DNA from: Chloroflexota bacterium
GTDB lineage: Bacteria > Chloroflexota > Limnocylindria > Limnocylindrales > CSP1-4
Length of the DNA: 64,000 bases
Assembly (NCBI GenBank): GCA_039931975.1
Contig: JBDTQW010000002.1
Location: forward strand, 3,452 to 67,451
Direction: 5' to 3'
The translations under genes were made by a program, and so were the position numbers. The notes beneath the pieces are model-generated. The model ran no database searches and had not been told where the DNA came from. It saw only the letters and a list, made by a program, of their open reading frames with translations. Shown one piece after another: positions 1 to 8,255 of this stretch (within the stretch, counting starts at the first letter, position 1; every line of letters begins with the position of its first letter).

Positions 1-387
1 GGCATGGAGCACGGTGTGCACGACCTCGAGGGCATCCTTGCCGGTTGAGTGCTTGCCGACGGGCACGCCTCGGCCGTCGTCCGTGACGGTCACGGTGCCG
101 TCGGCCGCGATGGTGACGTCGATCCGGCTGGCGTGCCCGGCCATCGCCTCGTCGATCGAGTTGTCGACGACCTCCCAGACGAGGTGATGCAGGCCGCGGC
201 TGTCAGTCGAGCCGATGTACATGCCCGGGCGACGTCGGACCGCCTCGAGTCCCTCCAGGACCTGGATGCTCTCCGCAGTGTATGTCGATGCCCCCTTCCG
301 ACCCGAGGCGCGCCTCGCCGGTGCGGGCGGCGGACTCGTGACGGCGCCGGTGGCCGTGCTCGCCGGGGTAGTGGATCGCTCGGTCAC
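1..387 (-). CDS. gyrB: DNA gyrase subunit B, N-terminal fragment (continues beyond window start)
   Basis: Minus-strand translation reads ...[94 protein letters not shown], the GyrB GHKL ATPase N-terminus. It is in frame to position 1. The candidate GTG start at 387 overlaps the parB stop (GTGA). It is absent from the ORF track because it is edge-truncated. The start codon is uncertain. Confidence 0.9.
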   Translation of the reverse strand, partial: MTERSTTPASTATGAVTSPPPAPARRASGRKGASTYTAESIQVLEGLEAVRRRPGMYIGSTDSRGLHHLVWEVVDNSIDEAMAGHASRIDVTIAADGTVTVTDDGRGVPVGKHSTGKDALEVVHTVLHA

Positions 388-1247
388 GCGGGTCCTCCGG
401 TCAGGCGCTCATACAGGCGCCCGAGCTCCTCGTCGCTGTAGAACTCGATGACGATCCGGCCGCCGCGGCGCGTACGTGCGAGCGACACCTTGGTACCCAG
501 CGCCCGTCGAAGGTCCTCCTCCACCCGCTCGGCATCGGGATCGCCCGGGCGAACCGACGCTCCGGCCTTCGGCCCCGGTGCCTGCAGACGCCGGACCAGC
601 TCCTCCACCTGGCGGACAGACAGGCCTCGGGCGATCACGACCTCGAGCAAGCCGATCTGCTCGGGAACGTCCAGGCCGGCCATGGCCCGAGCGTGGCCCT
701 CGCTGATCGTCCCTTCACCGACGGCAGCCTGCAGTGCTGGATCGAGCTCGAGGAGGCGCAGGGTGTTGGCGACGGTCGAGCGAGCGCGCCCAACCTTCTG
801 GGCGACCTCCTCCTGGGAGTACTCGAACTCGTCGATCAGCTGGCGGTACGCGCGCGCTTCCTCGAGCGGATTGAGGTCCGACCGCTGGACGTTCTCGACG
901 AGCGCCAACTCGAGCTGGTGACGGTCGGCGAGCTCGCGTACGACGGCGGGGATCCGCGTCAGGCCCGCCAGGCGAGCGGCACGGACGCGACGCTCACCTG
1001 CGACGAGCCGGTAGCCCTCCAATGTCTCGGTCACGAGGACCGGCTGAAGCACGCCGTGCTCGGCGATGCTCGCCGCTAGCGCCTCGAGCTCGGCGCCGCC
1101 CATCGATCGCCGCGGCTGATAGGGGTTGGCAACGATCCGATCGAGGGCGATCTCGGTCGGCGCCTCCACAGCGCCGACTCGCCCTGGGATCAGCGACGCG
1201 AGCCCGCGCCCGAGGGCGGATGGGCGCTCGCCGGGCCGGGCGGTCAC
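384..1247 (-). CDS. parB: Chromosome partitioning protein ParB (Spo0J)
   Basis: It occupies the C-terminal 287 aa of track ORF 384..1655. Motifs seen: [23 protein letters not shown] (ParB box) and an HTH segment [22 protein letters not shown]. The GTG at 1247 overlaps the parA stop (GTGA). The upstream part of the ORF is R/P/G-rich junk overlapping parA. Confidence 0.93.
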   Translation of the reverse strand: MTARPGERPSALGRGLASLIPGRVGAVEAPTEIALDRIVANPYQPRRSMGGAELEALAASIAEHGVLQPVLVTETLEGYRLVAGERRVRAARLAGLTRIPAVVRELADRHQLELALVENVQRSDLNPLEEARAYRQLIDEFEYSQEEVAQKVGRARSTVANTLRLLELDPALQAAVGEGTISEGHARAMAGLDVPEQIGLLEVVIARGLSVRQVEELVRRLQAPGPKAGASVRPGDPDAERVEEDLRRALGTKVSLARTRRGGRIVIEFYSDEELGRLYERLTGGPA

Positions 1248-2101
1248 AGGTCCACCGTCGTGAGGGATCGGGCGGGGGCCAGAGCCGGGGCCGCCGCGGC
1301 CACGGCCGCCCCGTCGGCGCCGTGGGCGACAGTCCCGCGTCCGTCTCGCTTCATGAACTCCACGGTGAGGTCGCGATAAGCGTCGGCACCCTTGGATTCT
1401 GGCCGGTAGAGGGCAATGGGCAGGCCGTGGCTGGGGGCCTCCGACAGCCGGATGCTTCGGGGCACGACGGTCTTGTACACCAGCGAGCCGAGATGTCGTC
1501 GGACCTCTGCGGCGACCTCCGTCGCGAGGTTCGTCCGTGCGTCGAACATGGTGAGCACGACCCCCTTGATGGCGAGATCCGGGTTCAATTGATCGCGGAC
1601 CAGGTTGATGGTGGCGGTGAGCTGGGTCAGGCCCTCGAGGGCGTAGTACTCGCACTGGATGGGGATGAGTACCGAATCGGCGGCGGTGAGCGCGTTGACA
1701 GTCAGCAACCCGAGCGAAGGCGGGCAGTCCAGGATCACGTAGTCGTATTCCGCCGCGACCCCGGCCAGCGCACTGGCCAGCCGGTGCTCCCGAGCGATGA
1801 ACCCGGCGAGCTCGACCTCGGCGCCGGCGAGCGCGAGCGATGAGGGGATGAGATCCAATCGGAGGATGGGAGTCCGCATCACCAGCTCGGTCATCGGGAC
1901 CGAACCGAGGAGCGCGTCGTAGACCGATCGTTCCACGTCCCGCTTCTCGATGCCGAACCCGCTGGTGGCGTTCCCTTGTGGATCCAGATCGATGACGAGC
2001 ACCCGTTCGCCGGCGAGGGCGAGATAGGTCGCGAGATTGACCACCGTGGTGGTCTTCCCGACGCCGCCCTTCTGGTTGGTGCAGGCGATCGTCTGGCCCA
2101 T
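1244..2101 (-). CDS. parA: Chromosome partitioning ATPase ParA/Soj
   Basis: Begins MGQTIACTNQKGGVGKTTT, a deviant Walker A. The ATG at 2101 was verified in the DNA as cat at 2099..2101. Sits directly upstream of parB. Confidence 0.93.
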   Translation of the reverse strand: MGQTIACTNQKGGVGKTTTVVNLATYLALAGERVLVIDLDPQGNATSGFGIEKRDVERSVYDALLGSVPMTELVMRTPILRLDLIPSSLALAGAEVELAGFIAREHRLASALAGVAAEYDYVILDCPPSLGLLTVNALTAADSVLIPIQCEYYALEGLTQLTATINLVRDQLNPDLAIKGVVLTMFDARTNLATEVAAEVRRHLGSLVYKTVVPRSIRLSEAPSHGLPIALYRPESKGADAYRDLTVEFMKRDGRGTVAHGADGAAVAAAAPALAPARSLTTVDL

Positions 2102-2135
2102 CAGGCCCCAGGTCCGAGGGTGCTCACAAGCGTAG

Positions 2136-2144
2136 ATTCTACCA
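2136..2144 (-). promoter_or_regulatory. Putative extended -10 element (TGGTAGAAT) of the parAB-gyrB unit
   Basis: The minus strand reads ...ccagaTGGTAGAATctacg..., ending 34 nt upstream of the parA ATG. The GGTAnAnT shape recurs at other operon heads in this window. Confidence 0.4.
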
Positions 2145-2269
2145 TCTGGAGGCCCTTTCCACTCCCACGCCGCTCCTCCGCTCGGCTTGCGGCGGACGTG
2201 CACCGATCTTCCCAGACGACCCTGCACTATGAATCAACCGAGCCGGTTCGGGCGTCCCTGTCGTGGCCG

Positions 2270-2285
2270 CGTGTCACGTGGAACG
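2270..2285. promoter_or_regulatory. Degenerate parS-like half site
   Basis: cgtgtCACGTGGAACg keeps the CACGTGGAAC core and one arm, but the other arm is diverged. Confidence 0.3.
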
Positions 2286-2335
2286 CTACTGACGTTCGCA
2301 TGCGAGCGCCCGCCCACGGCCGCGCCGGACGCACG

Positions 2336-2351
2336 TGTTCCACGTGAAACG
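2336..2351. promoter_or_regulatory. parS centromere-like site, copy 1
   Basis: TGTTCCACGTGAAACg matches the canonical parS 16-mer TGTTNCACGTGAAACA at 15 of 16 positions. Located about 235 bp upstream of parA. Confidence 0.8.
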
Positions 2352-2376
2352 TCCCCACGGCCGCGCCGGACGCACG

Positions 2377-2392
2377 TGTTCCACGTGAAACG
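2377..2392. promoter_or_regulatory. parS centromere-like site, copy 2
   Basis: Identical 16-mer TGTTCCACGTGAAACg, 41 bp from copy 1. Confidence 0.8.
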
Positions 2393-2493
2393 TCTGGGTC
2401 GGGGGCCGTGCTGAAGTAGAAATCGTGGTGTCTTCTCGGGAGTCCGTGAACCTGGTCGGCGCTCGGCGGGTAGACACGCTCAAGCCCGGGCGA

Positions 2494-2523
2494 TTGCCCG
2501 TTTTGGAAGGCCCTCGGTATACT
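2494..2523 (+). promoter_or_regulatory. Putative sigma-70-type promoter for mreD-mrdA-rodA (TTGCCC-18-TATACT)
   Basis: The -35-like ttgccc is at 2494..2499 and the -10 tatact is at 2518..2523, about 90 nt upstream of the mreD ATG. This is a pattern match only. Confidence 0.3.
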
Positions 2524-2613
2524 CGCGGCTGACGTGGCCGCAGCTCGGTCGTCGCGGTCGTCGCGCAGCCGTTCGAGCGGCCGGGAACGACGCCGAGGTT
2601 CGACCCCCATCTG

Positions 2614-3114
2614 ATGCGTCTGACACTCGCCGCAGTCGGCGCCGTCGTCGCGGCGCTCCTTCAGCTGACGATCGTCCCGTATCTCAGGGCCGGCAACGCG
2701 CAACCGGATCTCGTCCTAGTGTTCGCCGTCACGGCGACCATCGCCGGCAGCGTCGAGGCCGGCCTTCTCTCGGCATTCATCGGCGGCTTGATGATCGACC
2801 TTCTCGCCCCTCGGCCGCTCGGCATGACGGCATTCATGCTGCTTCTGTCGGTCGGTCTCGCCGCGATCCTCGGACGCGCGCTCGATCGCGTCCGAGTCAT
2901 CGCCCCGGTCATCGCTGTTTTCCTGGGTAGCTGCCTGAGCAGCGCGCTGTTCCTGTTCCTCTTTGGCGCCCTGCGCGACCGCATCCCGGTTCCCAGCCCA
3001 GTCCAGGCGATCTTGCCCGATGCCATCTACAGCGCTGCGGTGGCGGCCGTCGTGGGAACGATCGCGGTCGCGATCCGCCAGCGGGCCGCCGAGCGGGAGC
3101 GGGTCGCGTGGTAG
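2614..3114 (+). CDS. mreD: Rod shape-determining protein MreD
   Basis: A 166-aa polytopic protein. Its N-terminus LQLTIVPYLRAGNAQPDLVLVFAVTATIAGSVEAGLLSAFIGGLMIDLL is typical of MreD. It overlaps the start of the PBP2 gene. Confidence 0.7.
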   Translation: MRLTLAAVGAVVAALLQLTIVPYLRAGNAQPDLVLVFAVTATIAGSVEAGLLSAFIGGLMIDLLAPRPLGMTAFMLLLSVGLAAILGRALDRVRVIAPVIAVFLGSCLSSALFLFLFGALRDRIPVPSPVQAILPDAIYSAAVAAVVGTIAVAIRQRAAERERVAW

Positions 3115-5003
3115 CCCCGACGATGATCGACGAGCGGCCCGGTCGGGAGCGACAGCTCATCCGCCTCCTGGTCTTCGGGATCGTGGTGATCATCGGCGTC
3201 AGCGGCCTGACCGCCCGACTCGTCTACCTCCAGTTTGTGCGGGGCCAGGTCTACCAGGCCCGCGCCGAACAGAATCGTACGGTCAAACAGCCGGTCCCGT
3301 CGACGCGGGGCCTGATCTACGACCGTGACGGTCGACTTCTCGTCTTGAACGAGCCGAGCTACGCGATCAAGGTCCGACCATCCGACCTGCCCTTCCCGCA
3401 GCGGGCCGAGGTGGTCGCGCGTCTGTCCTCACTGCTCGGCATCGAGGCGGCCGAGATCAACATGACGATCGACTCGAATCCCGGATCGCGCTTCGACCTG
3501 GTCCGCGTCGCCCAGGATGTCCCGGTCGCCACCGCGAACATCATCGCCGAGGAGCGGCTGGCGCTGCCGGGGGTGGAAGTCGCTGTGGAGTCGAAGCGCC
3601 ACTACGTCGACGGGGCGTTGATGTCGCAGCTCATCGGCTACACCGGTCCGATCGATGCGGAGGCCCTCAAGGAGCTCAAGGACCAGGGCTACCAGCCCGA
3701 CGACTTCATCGGCCGAGCGGGGGTCGAATCGTCATACGAGGCCACGCTCCGCGGCACCTACGGCCAGGAGACCGTCGAGCGGGACGCCGCCGGGCGCAAG
3801 CTCCAGGTCCTCTCGACCGACCAGGCCGCCCAGGCGGGGGACTCGCTGAACCTGACGATCGACACCCGGGAGCAACGCCTCGCCGAGAAGGCCGTGACCT
3901 GGGCGATGCGCAAGGCCGGCCTGAAGCGCGGCGTGATGATCGTGATGAACCCGCAGACCGGCGAGGTCCTGGCCATGGTCAGCCTGCCGACGTACAACAA
4001 CAACAAGTTTGCCGAAGGGATCAGCCGCAAGGACTTCCAGGCGCTCCTCAAGAACCCGGAGAAGCCGCTTCTCAACCACGCCATCAACGAGCAGTACCCA
4101 CCCGGATCTACCTACAAGCTGGTGACCGGGCTGGGGGTGCTCGCGGACAAGAAGCTCGGCACCACCGAGCTCGTCCAGACGAAGCCCTATATCCAGATCG
4201 GACCCGACCGGTATTGGGATTGGAACCACTCCGGGTTCGGCCGGCTCGACATCCGAAGCGGCTTCGCCCACTCGAGCGACACGTTCTTCTACCAGATGGC
4301 CCAGCGGCTCGGGATCGAGCGGCTCGCGTACTGGGCGCGTCAGCTGGGGTTCGGAGCCAAATCCGGGATCGACCTCCCGGGCGAGGTCCCCGGGATCGTC
4401 CCAGACAACAAATGGAAGCAGAACACGTTCGGACAGGAGATCTTCCCCGGAGAGGTCCTCCAGGCCGGCATCGGCCAGGGATACGACACCTCCACCCCTC
4501 TCCAGATCCTGAACGCCTACGCGACTCTGGCCAACGGCGGCAGGCTCTACCAACCCCAAGTTGTGCGGGAGATCGTCGACACGGACGGCACGGTCGTCCG
4601 GCCGTTCGCGCCAAAGCTGATCCGGAAAGTCAAGACTTCGGCCGCAAACTTCAGGATCATGCGACTCGGGGCACGCGAGGTCGTGACCAGTCGCCACACG
4701 TTCAACCTCGCGGACCTGCCGATCGTCGTCGCGGGCAAGACCGGCACGGCCGAGTTTGGCGTGAAGGATTCGAAGGGCCGGCTGCCCTTCCACAACTGGT
4801 TCGTGGCTTTCGTTCCCAAGCACAGGGACGTGGCCAAGCCCGATTCCGAGCTTGCGGTGATCGGCTTCGCCTACGACTCGAACACCGTGGGCAACACCGC
4901 GACCGAGATGGTCAAGTACTACCTCCAGCTCCACTACAAGCTCAAGACCGATCTGCGCCGCACGGACCTCCTCCGGCGGGGCAACTTCTACGGCGGCAAT
5001 TGA
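3108..5003 (+). CDS. mrdA: Penicillin-binding protein 2 (elongasome transpeptidase)
   Basis: Has an N-terminal TM segment and the motifs STYK (SxxK), SSD (the SxD/N position) and KTGTA. Sits next to rodA. Confidence 0.92.
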   Translation: MVAPTMIDERPGRERQLIRLLVFGIVVIIGVSGLTARLVYLQFVRGQVYQARAEQNRTVKQPVPSTRGLIYDRDGRLLVLNEPSYAIKVRPSDLPFPQRAEVVARLSSLLGIEAAEINMTIDSNPGSRFDLVRVAQDVPVATANIIAEERLALPGVEVAVESKRHYVDGALMSQLIGYTGPIDAEALKELKDQGYQPDDFIGRAGVESSYEATLRGTYGQETVERDAAGRKLQVLSTDQAAQAGDSLNLTIDTREQRLAEKAVTWAMRKAGLKRGVMIVMNPQTGEVLAMVSLPTYNNNKFAEGISRKDFQALLKNPEKPLLNHAINEQYPPGSTYKLVTGLGVLADKKLGTTELVQTKPYIQIGPDRYWDWNHSGFGRLDIRSGFAHSSDTFFYQMAQRLGIERLAYWARQLGFGAKSGIDLPGEVPGIVPDNKWKQNTFGQEIFPGEVLQAGIGQGYDTSTPLQILNAYATLANGGRLYQPQVVREIVDTDGTVVRPFAPKLIRKVKTSAANFRIMRLGAREVVTSRHTFNLADLPIVVAGKTGTAEFGVKDSKGRLPFHNWFVAFVPKHRDVAKPDSELAVIGFAYDSNTVGNTATEMVKYYLQLHYKLKTDLRRTDLLRRGNFYGGN

Positions 5004-6163
5004 TGGGTGTCCTGAAGGCCGAGCCGGCCAGGGCCCAGGATTGGGCCGCGCGATCCGTCGGCGCCGCCTGGCGATCGTTCGACTGGCAGATGATCGTGTT
5101 CGCCGTGCTCCTGGTAGCGATCGGCCAGGCTCTGGCATACAGCAACACCATCGCTGCGGGTGACGGCGCGTTCGAGGCGGGCTCGACCTTCGCCCGCGGC
5201 CTGGTCTGGGCCGCGTTCGCGGTCGTCGCCTTCGTCGTGGCCACCGCGTTCGATTACAAGTGGCTGCGGACGTTCGCCTGGCCCCTCTACCTGGTCAACC
5301 TCGGGCTCCTCGGCGTCACCCTGCTGATCGGCGATGGCGTCAGCGGAGCCGCCCGCTGGATCCCGCTCGGACCCTTCCAGTTCCAGTTCAGCGAGCTGGC
5401 CAAGATCCTGATGATCATCGTGCTGGCCAACTACCTCGCCAACCGGGAAGACAAGCTCGGCTCGATCCGGACGATCCTGGGCGCCTGCGTCCTGGTGGTC
5501 CCGGCCTGGATCCTCATCCTGAAGCAGCCCGACCTCGGCACGTCGCTGGTGCTGGCCGGGATCCTCGCCGGGATGCTGTTCATGTCCGGCGCGAGCATCC
5601 GCTGGCTGGCCGTCCTGGGCGGCGCGGTCGTGGCAGCGGTCCCCATCGCGTGGACCTACCTCCTGCTCGACTACCAGAAGCAGCGCCTGCTTAGCTTCCT
5701 CGACCCCGCGGCCGATCCGCAGGGCTCCGGCTATCAGCTGCTCCAGGGCCAGATCGCCGTCGGTTCCGGCGGGCTCCTGGGCAAGGGACTGACCAACGGC
5801 ACGCAGAACCAGCTCGATTTCCTGCCGGTGCAGACCACCGACTTCGTCTTCGCCCTGCTGGCCGAGGAGCTCGGTTTCGTTGGGGCGATCCTGCTCCTCG
5901 GGCTGTTCGTCGCTCTCATCTGGCGGATCTTGGTCACGGCCTGGCGAGCGCGCGATCCGTTCGGCCTGGGCATCGCCTCGGGTGTGGCCTCGATGCTCCT
6001 GTTCCAGTTGATCGTCAACGTGGGCATGGTCATCGGGGTGATGCCGATCACCGGCATCCCGTTGCCGTTCATCACCCACGGTGGGGCGTCGATCATCAGC
6101 ATCGCGATCGGCCTGGGGATCCTTCAGAGCATCAACATCCGCCAGGGCCGCGCCGAGTGGTGA
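5003..6163 (+). CDS. rodA: Peptidoglycan glycosyltransferase RodA (SEDS family)
   Basis: Occupies the C-terminal 386 aa of track ORF 4214..6163. The ATG at 5003 overlaps the mrdA TGA (TGATG). SEDS hallmarks seen: GAARWIPLGPFQFQFSELAKI, TDFVFA and PLPFITHGGAS. Confidence 0.93.
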   Translation: MGVLKAEPARAQDWAARSVGAAWRSFDWQMIVFAVLLVAIGQALAYSNTIAAGDGAFEAGSTFARGLVWAAFAVVAFVVATAFDYKWLRTFAWPLYLVNLGLLGVTLLIGDGVSGAARWIPLGPFQFQFSELAKILMIIVLANYLANREDKLGSIRTILGACVLVVPAWILILKQPDLGTSLVLAGILAGMLFMSGASIRWLAVLGGAVVAAVPIAWTYLLLDYQKQRLLSFLDPAADPQGSGYQLLQGQIAVGSGGLLGKGLTNGTQNQLDFLPVQTTDFVFALLAEELGFVGAILLLGLFVALIWRILVTAWRARDPFGLGIASGVASMLLFQLIVNVGMVIGVMPITGIPLPFITHGGASIISIAIGLGILQSINIRQGRAEW

Positions 6164-6214
6164 CGGGGACGACTGCGCAACCAGATACGCCCGGCTAGGT
6201 GGCCTGATTAGGGC

Positions 6215-6256
6215 GAGCCACCGGCCGTCGAAACCGCCTTCGGCCGCGCGTGGCTC
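6215..6256. terminator. GC-rich hairpin between convergent rodA and the J-domain gene (possible bidirectional terminator)
   Basis: gagccac-cggccg [13-nt loop] cggccg-cgc-gtggctc gives a 7+6 bp stem with a 3-nt bulge. There is no clear U-tract. Confidence 0.4.
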
Positions 6257-6262
6257 ACGGTC

Positions 6263-6973
6263 CTAGCGCCGGCGAAACAGGCCGCGTCGCTCGTCTTCGA
6301 CCTGGCTGCTGCGCCGCCGGCCGGCGTTGCGCAGCAGACCGTCGACCTCGTCGCGATAGGCTCGACCGATCGCCATCCGGTCCAGCCACTCCAGGTATTC
6401 GAGGTCCTTCCGGGCGATCTCGCCCAGTGACCAGCCAGCATATCGACCGAAGTTGAGGACGGTTCCGGACGGATCGCCGGGCGGCGGACCCGCAGCGCCT
6501 TCTCCGTCGGCGGTGCGCATCCGACTCGGGTCGTAGCCGCCACCGAGGGTCGACCGGCCGCTGGTCCAATCGCGCGACACGGTCTGGGGCCGAATCGGCG
6601 CTCCTTGGCCACCGGCGGTCGCCGGATCGCCCGCGCCACCCGGCCCGGCCCCGCCCGGGCCAGCAGATCCGCTCACGCCGGTCGGCCCTCGCTCGCCGGC
6701 AGGCCAAGAGCCCGCGCCAGCTCCCTGTCCTGCCGATCGCTCTCGGGCCACCCGCTCGCGGTCGAAGGTCTCGCGCCGGATCGGGTCGCCGAGGAGTTCC
6801 ATCGCGCGGTTGATCTCGAGCATCCGCGCGGCCGCGTCTGGCCCCGGGCTGACGTCCGGGTGGAACTTGCGGGCGAGCCGGCGGTAGACCAGCGCGATGA
6901 TCTCCAGGTCCGCCTCGGGGTCGACCTGGAGCACCTTGTACGGGTCGAAGTCGGGGGCAGGGCCGCGAGTCAC
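6263..6973 (-). CDS. J-domain (DnaJ-like) protein with C-terminal FGRYxGWSLxEI...YLEWL motif
   Basis: The N-terminus DPYKVLQVDPEADLEIIALVYRRLARKFHPD carries the HPD J-domain signature. A G/P-rich linker follows. The C-terminus NFGRYAGWSLGEIARKDLEYLEWL resembles the DUF3820 / ExoX-C-terminal-like motif. The GTG start overlaps the upstream stop (GTGA). Confidence 0.8.
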   Translation of the reverse strand: MTRGPAPDFDPYKVLQVDPEADLEIIALVYRRLARKFHPDVSPGPDAAARMLEINRAMELLGDPIRRETFDRERVARERSAGQGAGAGSWPAGERGPTGVSGSAGPGGAGPGGAGDPATAGGQGAPIRPQTVSRDWTSGRSTLGGGYDPSRMRTADGEGAAGPPPGDPSGTVLNFGRYAGWSLGEIARKDLEYLEWLDRMAIGRAYRDEVDGLLRNAGRRRSSQVEDERRGLFRRR

Positions 6974-8235
6974 TTGACGCTCTCCGCGCCGACGTCGGCG
7001 GCGAACTGCCCTCCCGCCGCCTCCATCGCCTCGACCCCGGCTGCCGTCGATGGGAGCTCCCGGTCGCTCGCGTCGCCGGTCTCGTCGGTGTCCACCTCAG
7101 ATGCCCGCCGGAAGACGTACTTGAAGACATCCCGGAAGGCGGCGGTGACGGGCAGGGCCAGGATCGCGCCGAGAAGACCGAAGATCGCGCCGCCGATGAT
7201 CAGCGCGGTGATGATCAGGCTCGGATGGAGGTCGATCGCGTCGCTCTGGATCTTGGGAACGAGGACGTTGTTCTCGATCTGCTGGATGGCCAGGTACAGC
7301 AGCAATGCAGCCAGGGCCGGGCCAGGACCGGCCGTGAGGCCGAGGAGCACCGCCGGTACGGCCGAGATGATCGGACCGATGATCGGGATGAGTTCGCCGA
7401 ACGCGGCAATGATCGCCAGCAGCACGGCGAACCGACCGAAGATGGGGTCGACCGTGAGGCCCAGCACGGTCAGTCCGATGAAGGACGCGAGGCCGACGAC
7501 GCCACCGAGGATCAGCTGCCCGCGGACCCACTTGCCGAAGACCTCGTGCACGATCCCGGCGATCGCCCAGGTGTCGCGACGCCACGGCGCCGGCAGGGAT
7601 CGATCCACCGCGGCCTGTAGCCGTGGGCGGTCCTTGAGCAGGAAGAAGAGCCACGCCGGCAAGATCAGGTAGCCGAAGATCGAAGTCACGAACGAGGCGG
7701 CACTGTCGATGATCGGCTGGAGGAATCCGATGTCGAGATTGTTGAAGGCGTCGAGCGTCGCGGCCACGATCGAGTCGGCGATCGTGCGCAGCTCCGCCGG
7801 CAGTCCCATCCGGTCGTAGAGCTCGTTGAGGTGGTTGAGCTGGTACTGGATGAGCTTGACGATGTCGGGCAGCTCGGTCGTGAACGTCGCGATCTGCTGG
7901 ACGAGCGGAGGGATCGCGATCGCCAGGGCGAGGGCAATGATGGCCACCGAGATCGCGTACACGAGCAGGACCGCCAGCCAACGCGGCATCCCGACCCGAG
8001 CGAATCGCTCCACTAGCGGATCGAGGAGATAGGCCAGCAGCAGGCCGACCACGAACGGGCGGACGGCCGAGCCGGCCGCGAACAACACGATCGCGATGAG
8101 CATCGCCGCGGAGATGAGCACCGCCACTCGCGGCGTCGGCGGCTTGATGCGGACCGTCGGGTCGGCGCAGGGGTCGGCCTCGGAGCTCGGATCCACGCTC
8201 AGCGCCGACGCGACCGTTCGGGCGTCGTCCTCCAT
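6970..8235 (-). CDS. AI-2E family transporter (PerM/UPF0118-type permease)
   Basis: A 421-aa polytopic protein with the typical family core: ...LLPAWLFFLLKDRP..., GELIPIIGPIISAVPAVL and LPVTAAF. The start is not verified. Confidence 0.8.
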   Translation of the reverse strand: MEDDARTVASALSVDPSSEADPCADPTVRIKPPTPRVAVLISAAMLIAIVLFAAGSAVRPFVVGLLLAYLLDPLVERFARVGMPRWLAVLLVYAISVAIIALALAIAIPPLVQQIATFTTELPDIVKLIQYQLNHLNELYDRMGLPAELRTIADSIVAATLDAFNNLDIGFLQPIIDSAASFVTSIFGYLILPAWLFFLLKDRPRLQAAVDRSLPAPWRRDTWAIAGIVHEVFGKWVRGQLILGGVVGLASFIGLTVLGLTVDPIFGRFAVLLAIIAAFGELIPIIGPIISAVPAVLLGLTAGPGPALAALLLYLAIQQIENNVLVPKIQSDAIDLHPSLIITALIIGGAIFGLLGAILALPVTAAFRDVFKYVFRRASEVDTDETGDASDRELPSTAAGVEAMEAAGGQFAADVGAESVK

Positions 8236-8255
8236 CGTCGGTCAGACTAGCAGAC

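Larger units (their letters stand above)
2313..2394. repeat. Perfect 41-bp tandem duplication, each copy carrying a parS site
   Basis: Positions 2313..2353 and 2354..2394 are identical (cccacggccgcgccggacgcacgtgttccacgtgaaacgtc), read directly from the sequence. Confidence 0.9.

Noticed and set aside
2313-2394. Tandem repeats (41 bp x2 here, 11 bp x3.6 at 42359..42402, 12 bp x4 at 24255..24302) considered as possible CRISPR arrays.
   Set aside because: The copies are directly adjacent with no unique spacers, there are far too few of them, and there are no cas genes. They are explained as a parS duplication, a putative operator array and an in-frame coding microsatellite.
2102-2613. oriC / DnaA-box cluster next to parS.
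   Set aside because: No TTATCCACA- or TTGTCCACA-like boxes and no AT-rich unwinding element are visible in the interval. dnaA and dnaN are not in the window.
3732-5138. Very long ORFs antisense to, or frame-shifted relative to, confidently assigned genes. Examples: 3732..5138(-), 4214..5002(+ part), 8247..9866(-), 10490..11644(-), 11146..12417(-), 21770..23716(-), 23268..25376(-), 25932..27173(-), 27095..28531(-), 38192..39661(+), 41180..42517(+), 49098..51011(+), 54245..55528(-), 55550..56935(-), 58741..60192(-).
   Set aside because: High GC content suppresses stop codons in non-coding frames. The products are Arg/Pro/Gly/Asp-rich low-complexity strings with no recognisable motifs. Each fully overlaps a gene with strong family signatures on the other strand or frame.
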